DNA from: a virus
Lineage: Duplodnaviria > Caudoviricetes
Reading direction: 5' to 3' (one strand)
IMG/VR virus record: IMGVR_UViG_3300032318_001636
Location: 1 to 34,881 of that record
Length of the DNA: 34,881 nt
Positions 26,310 through 34,822 of this stretch are shown one piece after another (the first letter of the stretch is position 1; each line of letters begins with the position of its first letter). The position numbers and the translations under genes are program-made. The notes beneath the pieces are model-generated. The model had not been told where the DNA came from and did not search any database. It worked only from the letters and a program-made list of their open reading frames with translations.

Positions 26310-26591
26310 ATGGACGCGATCAACGATCTGCCGATCTTCGCGGCTGCTCGCGCGAAGGATCCGGAGACGTCGCACGACGCCGCCAAGCGGGCGCCGGTGG
26401 CCGGTCACTGCCGCCTGGTGCTCGAGGCCCTGGCGGCCGGGCCGGCCGGACAGACGGAGCTGGCCAGGCGATGCGGGCTGTTGCCGCACGAGGTGAACAA
26501 GCGGCTGGCGGATCTGAAGCGGCACGGGCTGGCCGAGCTTACGGGCCGCAAGGCGAACGGTGGGCGGGAGCGGGAATGGAGGGTGGCGTGA
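26310..26591 (+). CDS. Winged-helix DNA-binding protein
   Basis: AR.KDPETSHDAA then VLEAL..GP.GQTELA...VNKRLADL...GLAE; start could be 26292 or 26295. Confidence 0.8.
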   Translation: MDAINDLPIFAAARAKDPETSHDAAKRAPVAGHCRLVLEALAAGPAGQTELARRCGLLPHEVNKRLADLKRHGLAELTGRKANGGREREWRVA

Positions 26592-26733
26592 TGAAAAAAG
26601 TGCCAATAAAAGACGTTCTACGAACAGGACTTTCTTGATCGGTGCCCTACTCGTGCTGAAGAGTTGCGGGCCGCTCTGGTTGATTTGATCGCGTCGTGCG
26701 ATGCGACGAAGTAATGAAGACAGGAGGCTCATC

Positions 26734-27603
26734 ATGAGCTACGAGTTGATTGGCACGCCGCGTGCCCACAAAGTGACGAAAACGATGGCAGAAAAGTGGT
26801 CAGGCATGGAGCAGGTACGCAACGACAGGCCGCTTTCTGAGAAGCGTGTTGACGCGTACAAAAAAATGGCAGCGCGAGGGCTGATGCGCCCGGTGCACTG
26901 GGCAAAGGCTCACTGCCTGGAGACGCAAGAGAACTACCGCGTCAACGGTAAGCATACAAGCACTGCGTTCTCGCAGATGGACGACCTGCCAGACACCCTG
27001 CAGGCGATCATCGAAGAATACCAATGCGACACGCTTCGCGATGTTGCAGAGCTGTATGCAACATTCGACGCGCGGATCACGATTCGCACGACCGGTGACA
27101 TCAACAAGTCGTTCGCGGCTGTCGACCCTGAGCTGCACGAAGTTCCTGTCAAAATAATCAACTTGGCAGTGTCGGCGATTTCGCTGTGGAAGTGGGGCGA
27201 GAACTACGCTCAACACGCAGCTTCCGAGCGCGCGGAATGTCTGTTCGAGCCCGAGTGCAAGTCGTTCGTCCGTTGGTTGTGTGACATAGCCAGCGACTCG
27301 AAGGTGAACAAGCGGATGCGTCGGTCGCCTGTTGTGTGGGCTATGTACGCGACATTCAAGAAATCGCGAAAGGACGCCACAGAATTCTGGAAGGCTGTTC
27401 GTGATGAAACTGGAACGTCTCCTACACTCCCCGATCGCAAGATCTCGCGCTGGCTAATGGAAAACGCTGTTGACTCGACAGGTCGGCGTGCTGGAGCGAA
27501 GGAGATGTACGCCAGGTGCGTCATCGCGTGGAACGCATGGCGTACGCAGGCCAAGACAAACCTATCGTACTACCCGGACGCAAAGCTTCCGGTAGCAAAG
27601 TAA
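26734..27603 (+). CDS. Hypothetical protein with ParB-like N-terminal region; lower GC
   Basis: NDRPLSEKRVDAY...VNGKHT resembles ParB-like NR...DGQHR; AGGAGG RBS. Confidence 0.6.
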   Translation: MSYELIGTPRAHKVTKTMAEKWSGMEQVRNDRPLSEKRVDAYKKMAARGLMRPVHWAKAHCLETQENYRVNGKHTSTAFSQMDDLPDTLQAIIEEYQCDTLRDVAELYATFDARITIRTTGDINKSFAAVDPELHEVPVKIINLAVSAISLWKWGENYAQHAASERAECLFEPECKSFVRWLCDIASDSKVNKRMRRSPVVWAMYATFKKSRKDATEFWKAVRDETGTSPTLPDRKISRWLMENAVDSTGRRAGAKEMYARCVIAWNAWRTQAKTNLSYYPDAKLPVAK

Positions 27604-27672
27604 TCGACGCCGCCCTCGTGATAGGCACGGTGCCGCTTCGACGCGGCTGGGCGGAATTGAAAGGAGGCCTAC

Positions 27673-28545
27673 ATGGCCGGTGAATGGATCCCATACGACG
27701 TCTGCCTTCCCCAGAAGCCCGAGGTACTCGAGCTCGTCGACCGGACCGGCCTGCCGGCTGACCAGGTCGTCGGGCGGCTGATGATGCTCTGGGGCTGGGC
27801 GGCCCTGAACAGCTCGGACGGGACGGCCCGTATGTCTGTCCGGCTGCTGGGACGGCTGTGCGGAGGCGACGAGGAGTTCTGGCGGGAGGTCGAATCGGTG
27901 GGCTGGCTGGTGATCGACGGAGACAACGGGACTGTGGCGATCCCCGGATGGGAGCGTCGGTTCTCGAAATCCGCGAAAAACCGGGCAATGCACGCCATCC
28001 GGGCCGGCGAGGCCAAGGCCAGCGCACCGGCGGGTGCGCAAAAGCGCACCGGCGGGTGCGCAGACGCGCACCCACGGGTGCGCAAAAGCGCACTAGAGAG
28101 AAGAGAGAGAGAAGAGAGAAATTCTTCTTCTTCCCCCGGTGTCGCTGCGCTCGAGGACCAGGGCAGCGGCCCTGCCGGGCCGCCAGGCTGGGACACGCTC
28201 CGGAAGGCCTGGGCAGCCGGCACGGGTCGGCCCTGGACGCTGCCAGACGCCCCGGACAAGGCCGCCGACAGGCTTGCGGAGGAGGGCTGGTTCGCCAAGG
28301 CCCTGGCGGCGATCGAGGCCCTGCCGCGGTGCCGGTACTTCCGGGATCCGGTGACGCTGCCACAGCTGCTGAACGCCGGGTTCGTCGACAAGGTCCTGGG
28401 CGGCCAGTTCGACAACCCACGCGAGCATCGGCCGACGGGCCGGCCTGACGACCGGCCGCCGCCTCAGGCCTTCAGCGGTGAGGACGCGGCCCGGTTCGAG
28501 GCCACGAAGCGGGCCATGGTCCAGAAGCTCAAGGAGATCGCCTGA
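27673..28545 (+). CDS. Phage replication initiator (replisome organiser-like)
   Basis: MAGEWI...KPEV...VVGRL..LWGWA...VGWL N-domain; internal iterons and purine tract; AAGGAGG RBS. Confidence 0.85.
   Translation: MAGEWIPYDVCLPQKPEVLELVDRTGLPADQVVGRLMMLWGWAALNSSDGTARMSVRLLGRLCGGDEEFWREVESVGWLVIDGDNGTVAIPGWERRFSKSAKNRAMHAIRAGEAKASAPAGAQKRTGGCADAHPRVRKSALERREREERNSSSSPGVAALEDQGSGPAGPPGWDTLRKAWAAGTGRPWTLPDAPDKAADRLAEEGWFAKALAAIEALPRCRYFRDPVTLPQLLNAGFVDKVLGGQFDNPREHRPTGRPDDRPPPQAFSGEDAARFEATKRAMVQKLKEIA
28022..28131. repeat. Putative replication origin: 22-bp-period palindromic iterons plus purine tract
   Basis: GCGCACC-N4-GGTGCGC at 28022, 28044, 28066, a partial copy at 28088, then an AG-only run and TTCTTCTTC. 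Confidence 0.8.
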
Positions 28546-28793
28546 TGACGTCCACCCGCCTGAAGATCCTGTTCTGGATTCAACGCTACTGCGAAGAGAA
28601 GGGCTACAGCCCGACGCTCCGGGAGCTGTGCGTGGCGTTCCACTGGTCGAGCCCAAACGCCGCCAAGCAGTACCTGGATGGCCTGGCCAAGGCGGGCATG
28701 GTGCGGCGCCAGGAGCGGATCGCCAGGACGTTGACGCTCACGCCGGCCGGGCTCGACGTGCTCGAGCGGCATACCGCCGGCCTGACGCAATGA
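28545..28793 (+). CDS. LexA-type DNA-binding domain protein (no peptidase domain)
   Basis: GYSPTLRELC..F..SSPNAA...L..L...G...R....AR.L; only 82 aa. Confidence 0.9.
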   Translation: MTSTRLKILFWIQRYCEEKGYSPTLRELCVAFHWSSPNAAKQYLDGLAKAGMVRRQERIARTLTLTPAGLDVLERHTAGLTQ

Positions 28794-28842
28794 GCTCGAG
28801 CAAGTTCAACGGCTGCGGCAGAATTGGCATTCTGGCGGCACC

Positions 28843-29166
28843 ATGGGTGCAATCGCCGAGAATCTGCCTGGCCAGCTGAACCTGGCGTTCCGCCGCGGCG
28901 ACGAGTACGGCACGCTCGTCGATTTCTCCGTTTCGCTTACGGGCTACACGTTCGCGGCACAGATCGTCTCGGCGATCACCGGGGCCACGATGGCGACCCC
29001 GACTGTCACGGCCGTCGACCTGGCGGCCGGCCAGGTGAACGTGTCGCTGACAGAGCTGCAAACGGCGGCCCTCGAGGCCGGAACGTACGCGTGGCGGCTC
29101 GTGTGGACGGCCCCCGGCACCGTGACGCGTACGGCCCTGGCAGGATTCGTTGAGGTGATGCCATGA
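28843..29166 (+). CDS. BppU-like fibre adaptor protein, copy 2
   Basis: PGQLNLAF..GDE, SLTGYTFAA, GQVNVSLTELQTAAL, YAWRLVW; paralogue of 17053-17445. Confidence 0.72.
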   Translation: MGAIAENLPGQLNLAFRRGDEYGTLVDFSVSLTGYTFAAQIVSAITGATMATPTVTAVDLAAGQVNVSLTELQTAALEAGTYAWRLVWTAPGTVTRTALAGFVEVMP

Positions 29167-29420
29167 ACGTCTCCGTGACGTCGCAGCAGATCTCGGCCAC
29201 CGCGGCCGGCACGGCCGTGAATGCGTCTGTCGCGTCCGCAACCGTGACGGCGACTGCCACGGGCGGAATCGGGCCTGCAGGCGCCGCTGTCGGCACGCTG
29301 TCGCAGCTCCAGGACGTCGAGCTCGTCAACGCCGCCACCGGCGACCTGCTGCGACGAGACGGGGCCAAATGGAAGAACTACCCGGAGCGAGGCCTGATCC
29401 TGGACGGCGGAAACTGGTAA
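29163..29420 (+). CDS. Small fibre-associated protein
   Basis: LSQLQDV...GDLL....KWKN...LDGGNW motifs common in phage fibres. Confidence 0.7.
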   Translation: MNVSVTSQQISATAAGTAVNASVASATVTATATGGIGPAGAAVGTLSQLQDVELVNAATGDLLRRDGAKWKNYPERGLILDGGNW

Positions 29421-29433
29421 CGGAGGGCACGCG

Positions 29434-30129
29434 ATGCCAACAGACAACGAGATCCGTATCCGCAGGCGAGCTCTCGGCGGCGCCAGCGGCGCACCGTCGA
29501 GCCTGCTGCAATCCGAGCTGGCCTGGTCTGAGGTCGATCAGATCCTGTACATCGGCCAGGGCAGCGGCGGCACGGCCACCGTGATCGCAGTTGGCGGGCC
29601 AGGCAGCTACGCCACAAAGGCCTCCCCTGCCCTGACGGGAACGCCTACGGCCCCGACGGCGGCGTCTGGCACAAACACGACGCAGATCGCCACGACCGCA
29701 TTCGTGGCCGCAGCCGTGTCGGCGGTTGACGTGTCGAGCCAGCTGTCGAGCTACGCTCCGCTGGCGTCTCCCACGTTCACCGGGACGCCTGCCGCACCGA
29801 CGGCCTCTGCCGGCACCAATACGACGCAGATCGCCACGACGGCCTACGTCTCGACGGCGATCTCGAACCTGGTCAACGGCGCCGGATCGGCCCTGGACAC
29901 GCTCAAGGAGCTGGCGGACGCCCTGGGGAACGACGCGTCGTTCTCGACGACGATCACGGCGTCCATCGGCAACAAGTTGGCCAAGGCCTCGAATCTGTCT
30001 GATCTGACGGACGCCTCTGCGGCCAGGACAAACCTTGGCCTGGGCTCAATGGCCACGCAGTCCGCGTCGAACGTCAGCATTACGGGCGGCACGCTGTCAG
30101 GCGTGAGCATCAACGGCGGCACGTTCTAA
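29434..30129 (+). CDS. Tail fibre-like protein
   Basis: Two SP.LTGTP.APTA..GTNTTQIATTA.V repeats, ALDTLKELADALGND, ARTNLGLG motifs. Confidence 0.88.
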   Translation: MPTDNEIRIRRRALGGASGAPSSLLQSELAWSEVDQILYIGQGSGGTATVIAVGGPGSYATKASPALTGTPTAPTAASGTNTTQIATTAFVAAAVSAVDVSSQLSSYAPLASPTFTGTPAAPTASAGTNTTQIATTAYVSTAISNLVNGAGSALDTLKELADALGNDASFSTTITASIGNKLAKASNLSDLTDASAARTNLGLGSMATQSASNVSITGGTLSGVSINGGTF

Positions 30130-30141
30130 GCGAGGTGCCGC

Positions 30142-31440
30142 GTGCCCGGGCTGATTCAGTACAGCAACACCGCAGGCAATACGCCAACGTTGCTGGGCAA
30201 CGCCGACATCGGCATAAACCAGGCCGACGGAAAGCTGTACTACCGCAACTCGAGCGGCGTCGTGACGCAGTTCGCCGGCGGCGGCTCGTCCGGAGTGGTC
30301 GAGGCCGCTACAGCGTCGGCGTTCCCAGCCACCGGCGCGGCCTCGACGATCTACCTCGACCGCTCGACAAATCGCATGTACCGGTGGGCATCCGAGGGCG
30401 CGTACGCCGAGATCGGCAGCCTGGACTCGGACTCGAGCAACTGGTCGCTGCTGTACCCGACCGCCCCGACGAGCGTGACCGGCACCGTTGGCAACGCGCA
30501 GGTGGCACTGGCGTGGACGGCGCCGACCTACACGGGCACGCCGATCACCGACTACGTCATCCAGTATTCAAGCAACAGCGGCAGCACCTGGACGACGTTC
30601 TCGGATGGAACTTCGACGGCAACGTCTGCCACCGTGACCGGGCTGACCAACAGCACGGCCTACGTTTTCCGGGTCGCGGCCGTGAACTCGCTTGGAACTG
30701 GCAGCTATTCAAGCGCCAGCGGCAGCGTCACGCCAGGTAGTGATCCAAACTTCGCGTCCGTCTCGCTCCTCCTGCACATGGACGGCAGCAGCAACAGCAC
30801 CACGTTCACCGACTCGTCGTCGTCGGCAAAAACTGTCACGGCGGTCAGCCCCGCCGTTATCTCCACCACTCAAAGCAAGTTTGGCGGCTCGTCCGGCTAT
30901 TTCTCGAGCACGACCAGCGCGCTGACGACGCCATACGCAGCCAATCTGGATTTCGGCTCCGGCGATTTCACGATGGAATGGTGGCAATACTGGACGGGTG
31001 GCAATTCGATTTTCTGCTGGTCTTCGGACTATCGAATTGGAATCCTCGGCAACTACGGTGCCGCGACGAGCGACAAATTGGCTCTGTGCATCTCGTCAAA
31101 CGGCAGCACATGGAATCTGGCACAACCAGACACTCTCGGCTCCACGTTCGCCGGCTCGTCGGTTGCCGCGACGAAAAACGCCTGGCAGCACATCGCGCTT
31201 CAGCGCAGCGGCACTAGCTGGCAGATGTTTTTTGACGGCACTCGCGTGCTGAACTACACGGCATCTGGATCAATCGCGTCGGCGTCTGGCCTGACGTTTC
31301 GCATCGGCGGCCCGTGGCCCGGCGCAGGGCCGGGAAATTTTCAGGGCTACATGGACGAGTACCGCATCACGAAGGGCGTGGCGCGATACACCACAACCGG
31401 CAACTTCACGGCACCAACGGCCGCGTTCTTCAATAGCTAA
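30142..31440 (+). CDS. FN3 + concanavalin A/LamG-like domain adhesin
   Basis: PTAPTSV..WTAP..ITDYVIQYS..YVFRVAAVN (FN3); VSLLLHMDG, GDFTMEWW, WQHIA, GYMDEYRITKGVARY (LamG). Confidence 0.92.
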   Translation: MPGLIQYSNTAGNTPTLLGNADIGINQADGKLYYRNSSGVVTQFAGGGSSGVVEAATASAFPATGAASTIYLDRSTNRMYRWASEGAYAEIGSLDSDSSNWSLLYPTAPTSVTGTVGNAQVALAWTAPTYTGTPITDYVIQYSSNSGSTWTTFSDGTSTATSATVTGLTNSTAYVFRVAAVNSLGTGSYSSASGSVTPGSDPNFASVSLLLHMDGSSNSTTFTDSSSSAKTVTAVSPAVISTTQSKFGGSSGYFSSTTSALTTPYAANLDFGSGDFTMEWWQYWTGGNSIFCWSSDYRIGILGNYGAATSDKLALCISSNGSTWNLAQPDTLGSTFAGSSVAATKNAWQHIALQRSGTSWQMFFDGTRVLNYTASGSIASASGLTFRIGGPWPGAGPGNFQGYMDEYRITKGVARYTTTGNFTAPTAAFFNS

Positions 31441-31443
31441 AAA

Positions 31444-31671
31444 ATGGCATTTCCATCATCACCCACGGTCGGACAACAGGTCACAGAGAGTGGCCGTCTG
31501 TACCAATGGTCGGGCACGGTCTGGAATCTCGTCTCGGTTGTGGCTGGTCATGCGAGTACGCACGGTGCAGGCGCCGCTGATGCGGTGACGATTCAAACAT
31601 CGCAGATCAGCGATCTGGCGGCAGGCGCGAACGCAGCCGCACGGCTCTACCTCTGGCAGGCATTTCGATAG
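31444..31671 (+). CDS. Small virion-associated protein
   Basis: MAFPSSPTVGQ...YQWSGTVW motif frequent in fibre proteins. Confidence 0.72.
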   Translation: MAFPSSPTVGQQVTESGRLYQWSGTVWNLVSVVAGHASTHGAGAADAVTIQTSQISDLAAGANAAARLYLWQAFR

Positions 31672-31681
31672 GAGATAAGCA

Positions 31682-32065
31682 ATGGCAACCAGCCCAGCAT
31701 TCGCAACCACGCCCCGCATCGGTGCCGTCAGCATCGCAACTGCCGATAGCTCGTACACGGCTCCAAGCAACGTCGGCACAGTCATCACGGGCGTAGCGGC
31801 AGGCACACGCATCGCAGAGGTTATTGTCAAGTGCGCTGCAACGTCTGCGGCCGCAATTGTGCGGCTGTTTCTGCACGATGGCACCTCATACATCCTCCTA
31901 GACGAGGTGACCGTGGCCGCCGCCACAGGATCATCAACGGTCCAGCAGACTCGCGTCTCGGTGGTCTACAACAACCTGATTCTGCCGTCCGCGTCCTGGT
32001 CCCTGCGGGCGACGACGAGCGTCTCCCAGGCAACGCACGTCACGGCTCTCGGCGCTGACCTGTGA
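31682..32065 (+). CDS. Hypothetical virion-associated protein
   Basis: AGGAG RBS; Ala/Thr-rich beta protein. Confidence 0.75.
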   Translation: MATSPAFATTPRIGAVSIATADSSYTAPSNVGTVITGVAAGTRIAEVIVKCAATSAAAIVRLFLHDGTSYILLDEVTVAAATGSSTVQQTRVSVVYNNLILPSASWSLRATTSVSQATHVTALGADL

Positions 32066-33243
32066 ACGTCGGCATCCTGCCATTGCCGACGCAGTACGCC
32101 CAGCCGCCGCGTGCGGTCGGAGGCTCGCCCGCTCGTCCATCGCAGATGCCTGGAGGCATTGGCGAGTCGCTGGATTGGCGGCGGCCGAGCTGGCAGGCGA
32201 CACAGGACGCCGTGTACGCGAGCTCGAGGTCAAGCAATTGGCAATACGGCACGCGGGCAACTGCCGCTACCATATCCGCCGTCACAAACAACTACGTCGG
32301 GTCAGTGCTGGCGACAGACGGCTGTGTGTGGGCTACTCCATTCGCGGCGACTGGCGGGCTGGTGTTCGATTCCAACAACAACCGCACATACGTCGTTGGG
32401 TCGTTCGGAGGCGGCAGCAATTTCACCAGCGGCGTTCTCATGAACGACGGTCGCGTATTTGTGATCCCGAGAGCCTCTACGACGGCGAGGATTGTCGATC
32501 TCACCAACAGCACAGTGACCACGCCAGGCGGCACGTTCCCGGGAGGGAATGCGTATACTGGCGGGTGTCTGATTGACGGAGGGAGGCGGATCTACCTTGC
32601 ACCGTCGCTGCAAGCGTCGGCAGGAATCTACGACCTACAGCGGCAAACGCTTACCACGCCGGCCGGGACGTTCACGTTCAATTCTGGCAGCAGTCTGACT
32701 GCCACTTCCGGCGCGTTCCTACTGCCGGATGGGAGAGTGTTTTGCGCGCCGTGCCATACTTCGGCTGCGATCTATGACCCGGTGGCCGACTCGTTGTTCA
32801 TTTCGTCGGCGGCTCTGGGCTACGACGGCGGGACGTCGGCCACAAGATTTTTCGGCGCAGTCCTGCTGCCGAATGGCGACGAAATCGCACTTATTCCGCA
32901 GAATGTCACCGCCGTCGTCGTCTACAACTGGCGACGAGACACGGCGAGGACCGTCGCTGGAACAGCCACAGGGCATCTGGGCGGGCAACTCATGCCTGAC
33001 GGGAGCGTGCTGCTCGTACCTGGATCATCGACAGCGGCTCGCGCGTACCGGCCGGATACCGACACGCTCACAGCGCTGCCAGACACATATTCTGGCAGCA
33101 ATCCGGCCGCCGGAGCGCATGTGCTTCAAGACGGGCGTCTAGTGATGATGCCGCGCTCGGATTCCGCTGTGCGGACCTGCGGCACTCGCGCCACGCCGGT
33201 TGACGCCAACATCCAGCTATCGCCGTTTTTCAACCACAGGTAG
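32062..33243 (+). CDS. Beta-propeller (kelch-like) repeat protein
   Basis: About seven G..L..DGRV...P.....A.IYD repeats. Confidence 0.8.
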   Translation: MNVGILPLPTQYAQPPRAVGGSPARPSQMPGGIGESLDWRRPSWQATQDAVYASSRSSNWQYGTRATAATISAVTNNYVGSVLATDGCVWATPFAATGGLVFDSNNNRTYVVGSFGGGSNFTSGVLMNDGRVFVIPRASTTARIVDLTNSTVTTPGGTFPGGNAYTGGCLIDGGRRIYLAPSLQASAGIYDLQRQTLTTPAGTFTFNSGSSLTATSGAFLLPDGRVFCAPCHTSAAIYDPVADSLFISSAALGYDGGTSATRFFGAVLLPNGDEIALIPQNVTAVVVYNWRRDTARTVAGTATGHLGGQLMPDGSVLLVPGSSTAARAYRPDTDTLTALPDTYSGSNPAAGAHVLQDGRLVMMPRSDSAVRTCGTRATPVDANIQLSPFFNHR

Positions 33244-33246
33244 GCC

Positions 33247-33750
33247 ATGATTACATACACGGACGGCACTGACCGCGAGGCAGTCATCACGGCGGTTTCT
33301 GAGACAGGATGGACGGCGAGCGTCTACGAATCGTTTGCCGACTATCGAAACTGCCAGACGCCGACGGAGGCGCGGACGTTTCCCGGTACACCGAATCGAC
33401 GGGCAATGCTCTCGGCCTGGCCCGGCTGGACGCCGCGAGTTCGGGACGATGGCAACTGGTCGCTGCTGCCCGAATCCACCGACGACCTGCCAGAGTTGCC
33501 GGCCGTCCCCGTGAGCGTCACGGCTCGGCAGATACGCCTCTATTTGGTCAGGCACGGCATCCCACTCGCACAGGTCGACGCCGCCATCGACGCCATCGCC
33601 GACCCGCAGCAGCGCGAGGAGGTGAGGGTGGAGTGGGACTACGCGCCGTACGTCGAGCGGTCGCACCAGATGCTGGTGCCACTCGCTGCGGCCCTCGGGC
33701 TCAACGAGGCCCAGGTCGACGATGCGTTCCGCGAGGCGGCGACGATTTGA
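33247..33750 (+). CDS. Fibre-assembly-like hypothetical protein
   Basis: C-terminal VTARQIRL.L...EWDYA..VER...LGL...QVDDAFREAA, usually found beside fibre genes. Confidence 0.78.
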   Translation: MITYTDGTDREAVITAVSETGWTASVYESFADYRNCQTPTEARTFPGTPNRRAMLSAWPGWTPRVRDDGNWSLLPESTDDLPELPAVPVSVTARQIRLYLVRHGIPLAQVDAAIDAIADPQQREEVRVEWDYAPYVERSHQMLVPLAAALGLNEAQVDDAFREAATI

Positions 33751-33759
33751 CTCGTCAAA
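33746..33759. promoter_or_regulatory. Palindrome TTTGAC-TC-GTCAAA upstream of RusA
   Basis: Same TTGAY-NN-RTCAA core as at 16991 and 22885. Confidence 0.45.
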
Positions 33760-33801
33760 AGAAAATGGGGAACGTGTCGGCGTCTCACGGAGGAGACGTC
33801 G

Positions 33802-34221
33802 ATGATTGTCCTACAGGTGCCAGGCCAGCCGGTGCCGCAGCCGCGTCCGCGGTTCACGCGTCACGGTGGCGGCCGGACGTACACGCCAAGCGGCCACGCA
33901 ATCCACGGCTACCGTCAGGCGATCGTGCTGATGGCCCAGGCGGAGAACGCCGAGCAGCTGGTCGGCGCCGTGGCCCTGGACGTGGACGCCGTGTTCGAGC
34001 GTCCGCCGTCGCATTGGCGAAAGCACGACCTGAAACCTGACGCCCCGGCATGGCCAAGGGCCGACGGCGACAACGTCCTGAAGGCCGTGGCCGATGCGCT
34101 GACGGACGCAGGAGTATGGCAGGACGACGACCAGGTCGTCCGATGGTCGATCCACAAGCGGTACGCGTCCAGGAACGAGCCTGCCAGGACTGTCATACGG
34201 ATCCGAAAGGCCGAGCCGTGA
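33802..34221 (+). CDS. rusA: RusA family Holliday junction resolvase
   Basis: PG.PVPQPRPR, DGDNVLKAVADAL, VWQDDDQV motifs. Confidence 0.93.
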   Translation: MIVLQVPGQPVPQPRPRFTRHGGGRTYTPSGHAIHGYRQAIVLMAQAENAEQLVGAVALDVDAVFERPPSHWRKHDLKPDAPAWPRADGDNVLKAVADALTDAGVWQDDDQVVRWSIHKRYASRNEPARTVIRIRKAEP

Positions 34222-34517
34222 GGCCCAGCCGGAAGAAGTGGCTGTCGAGGGTGCAGGAGAGGATCGTGCGTGAGGCTTACGCGAAAGGGGCGACATCGGC
34301 CGAGGCTGCGTTCGTGGCCGGGATCACCGTGTCGGTCCTCCAGGCCCGCCTAAAGGACCAGGTAAAGGACCTGCGTCGTGGCCGTGGCCGAGGCGGCAGG
34401 CGTGGCGAGCCAGTCGATCCAACCCCAGAAGAGATCGAGGAACGGCGTGCCGACTGTGACCGTCGGCGGCTGCTGATCATGAAGCCGAAGTTCTACGACC
34501 CGACTAATCTGGATTGA
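34218..34517 (+). CDS. Putative HTH protein
   Basis: GTGA overlap; GATSAEAAFVAGITVSVL helix pattern; DPTPEEI. Confidence 0.65.
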   Translation: MRPSRKKWLSRVQERIVREAYAKGATSAEAAFVAGITVSVLQARLKDQVKDLRRGRGRGGRRGEPVDPTPEEIEERRADCDRRRLLIMKPKFYDPTNLD

Positions 34518-34525
34518 ATGCAGCC

Positions 34526-34822
34526 ATGCCAGACGCGATCCGACGATGGAGGCCGCCACCGAAGGCCAAGGCCAGACCGGCGAAGGAGACGGCGCACTAC
34601 CGCACGCACGACTGGGCTGCGCTACGCACGAGGATCCTGATCCGCGACTCGTTCACCTGCCGCAGCTGCAACGTCGTCGCGTACGGCCTTGCGGCCCACG
34701 TCGACCACGTCGTGCCGCTTGAGCTCGGTGGAACGGACGACGAGGCGAACCTACAGACGCTGTGCAGTCGATGCCATGGACGCAAGACGCGTGCAGAGCA
34801 GCGAGCGGCGGGCCACGCGTGA
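34526..34822 (+). CDS. HNH endonuclease (terminase-associated, HK97 gp74-like)
   Basis: RDSFTCRSC, HVDHVVP..GGTD..NLQTLCSRCH; precedes terS on the circular map. Confidence 0.95.
   Translation: MPDAIRRWRPPPKAKARPAKETAHYRTHDWAALRTRILIRDSFTCRSCNVVAYGLAAHVDHVVPLELGGTDDEANLQTLCSRCHGRKTRAEQRAAGHA

Noticed and set aside
26591-26638. ATG-coupled ORF after the winged-helix gene
   Set aside because: Stops after 15 codons; no supporting features
28022-28092. CRISPR-like mini-array
   Set aside because: Repeats are separated by only 4 nt with no spacers, and lie within the initiator gene
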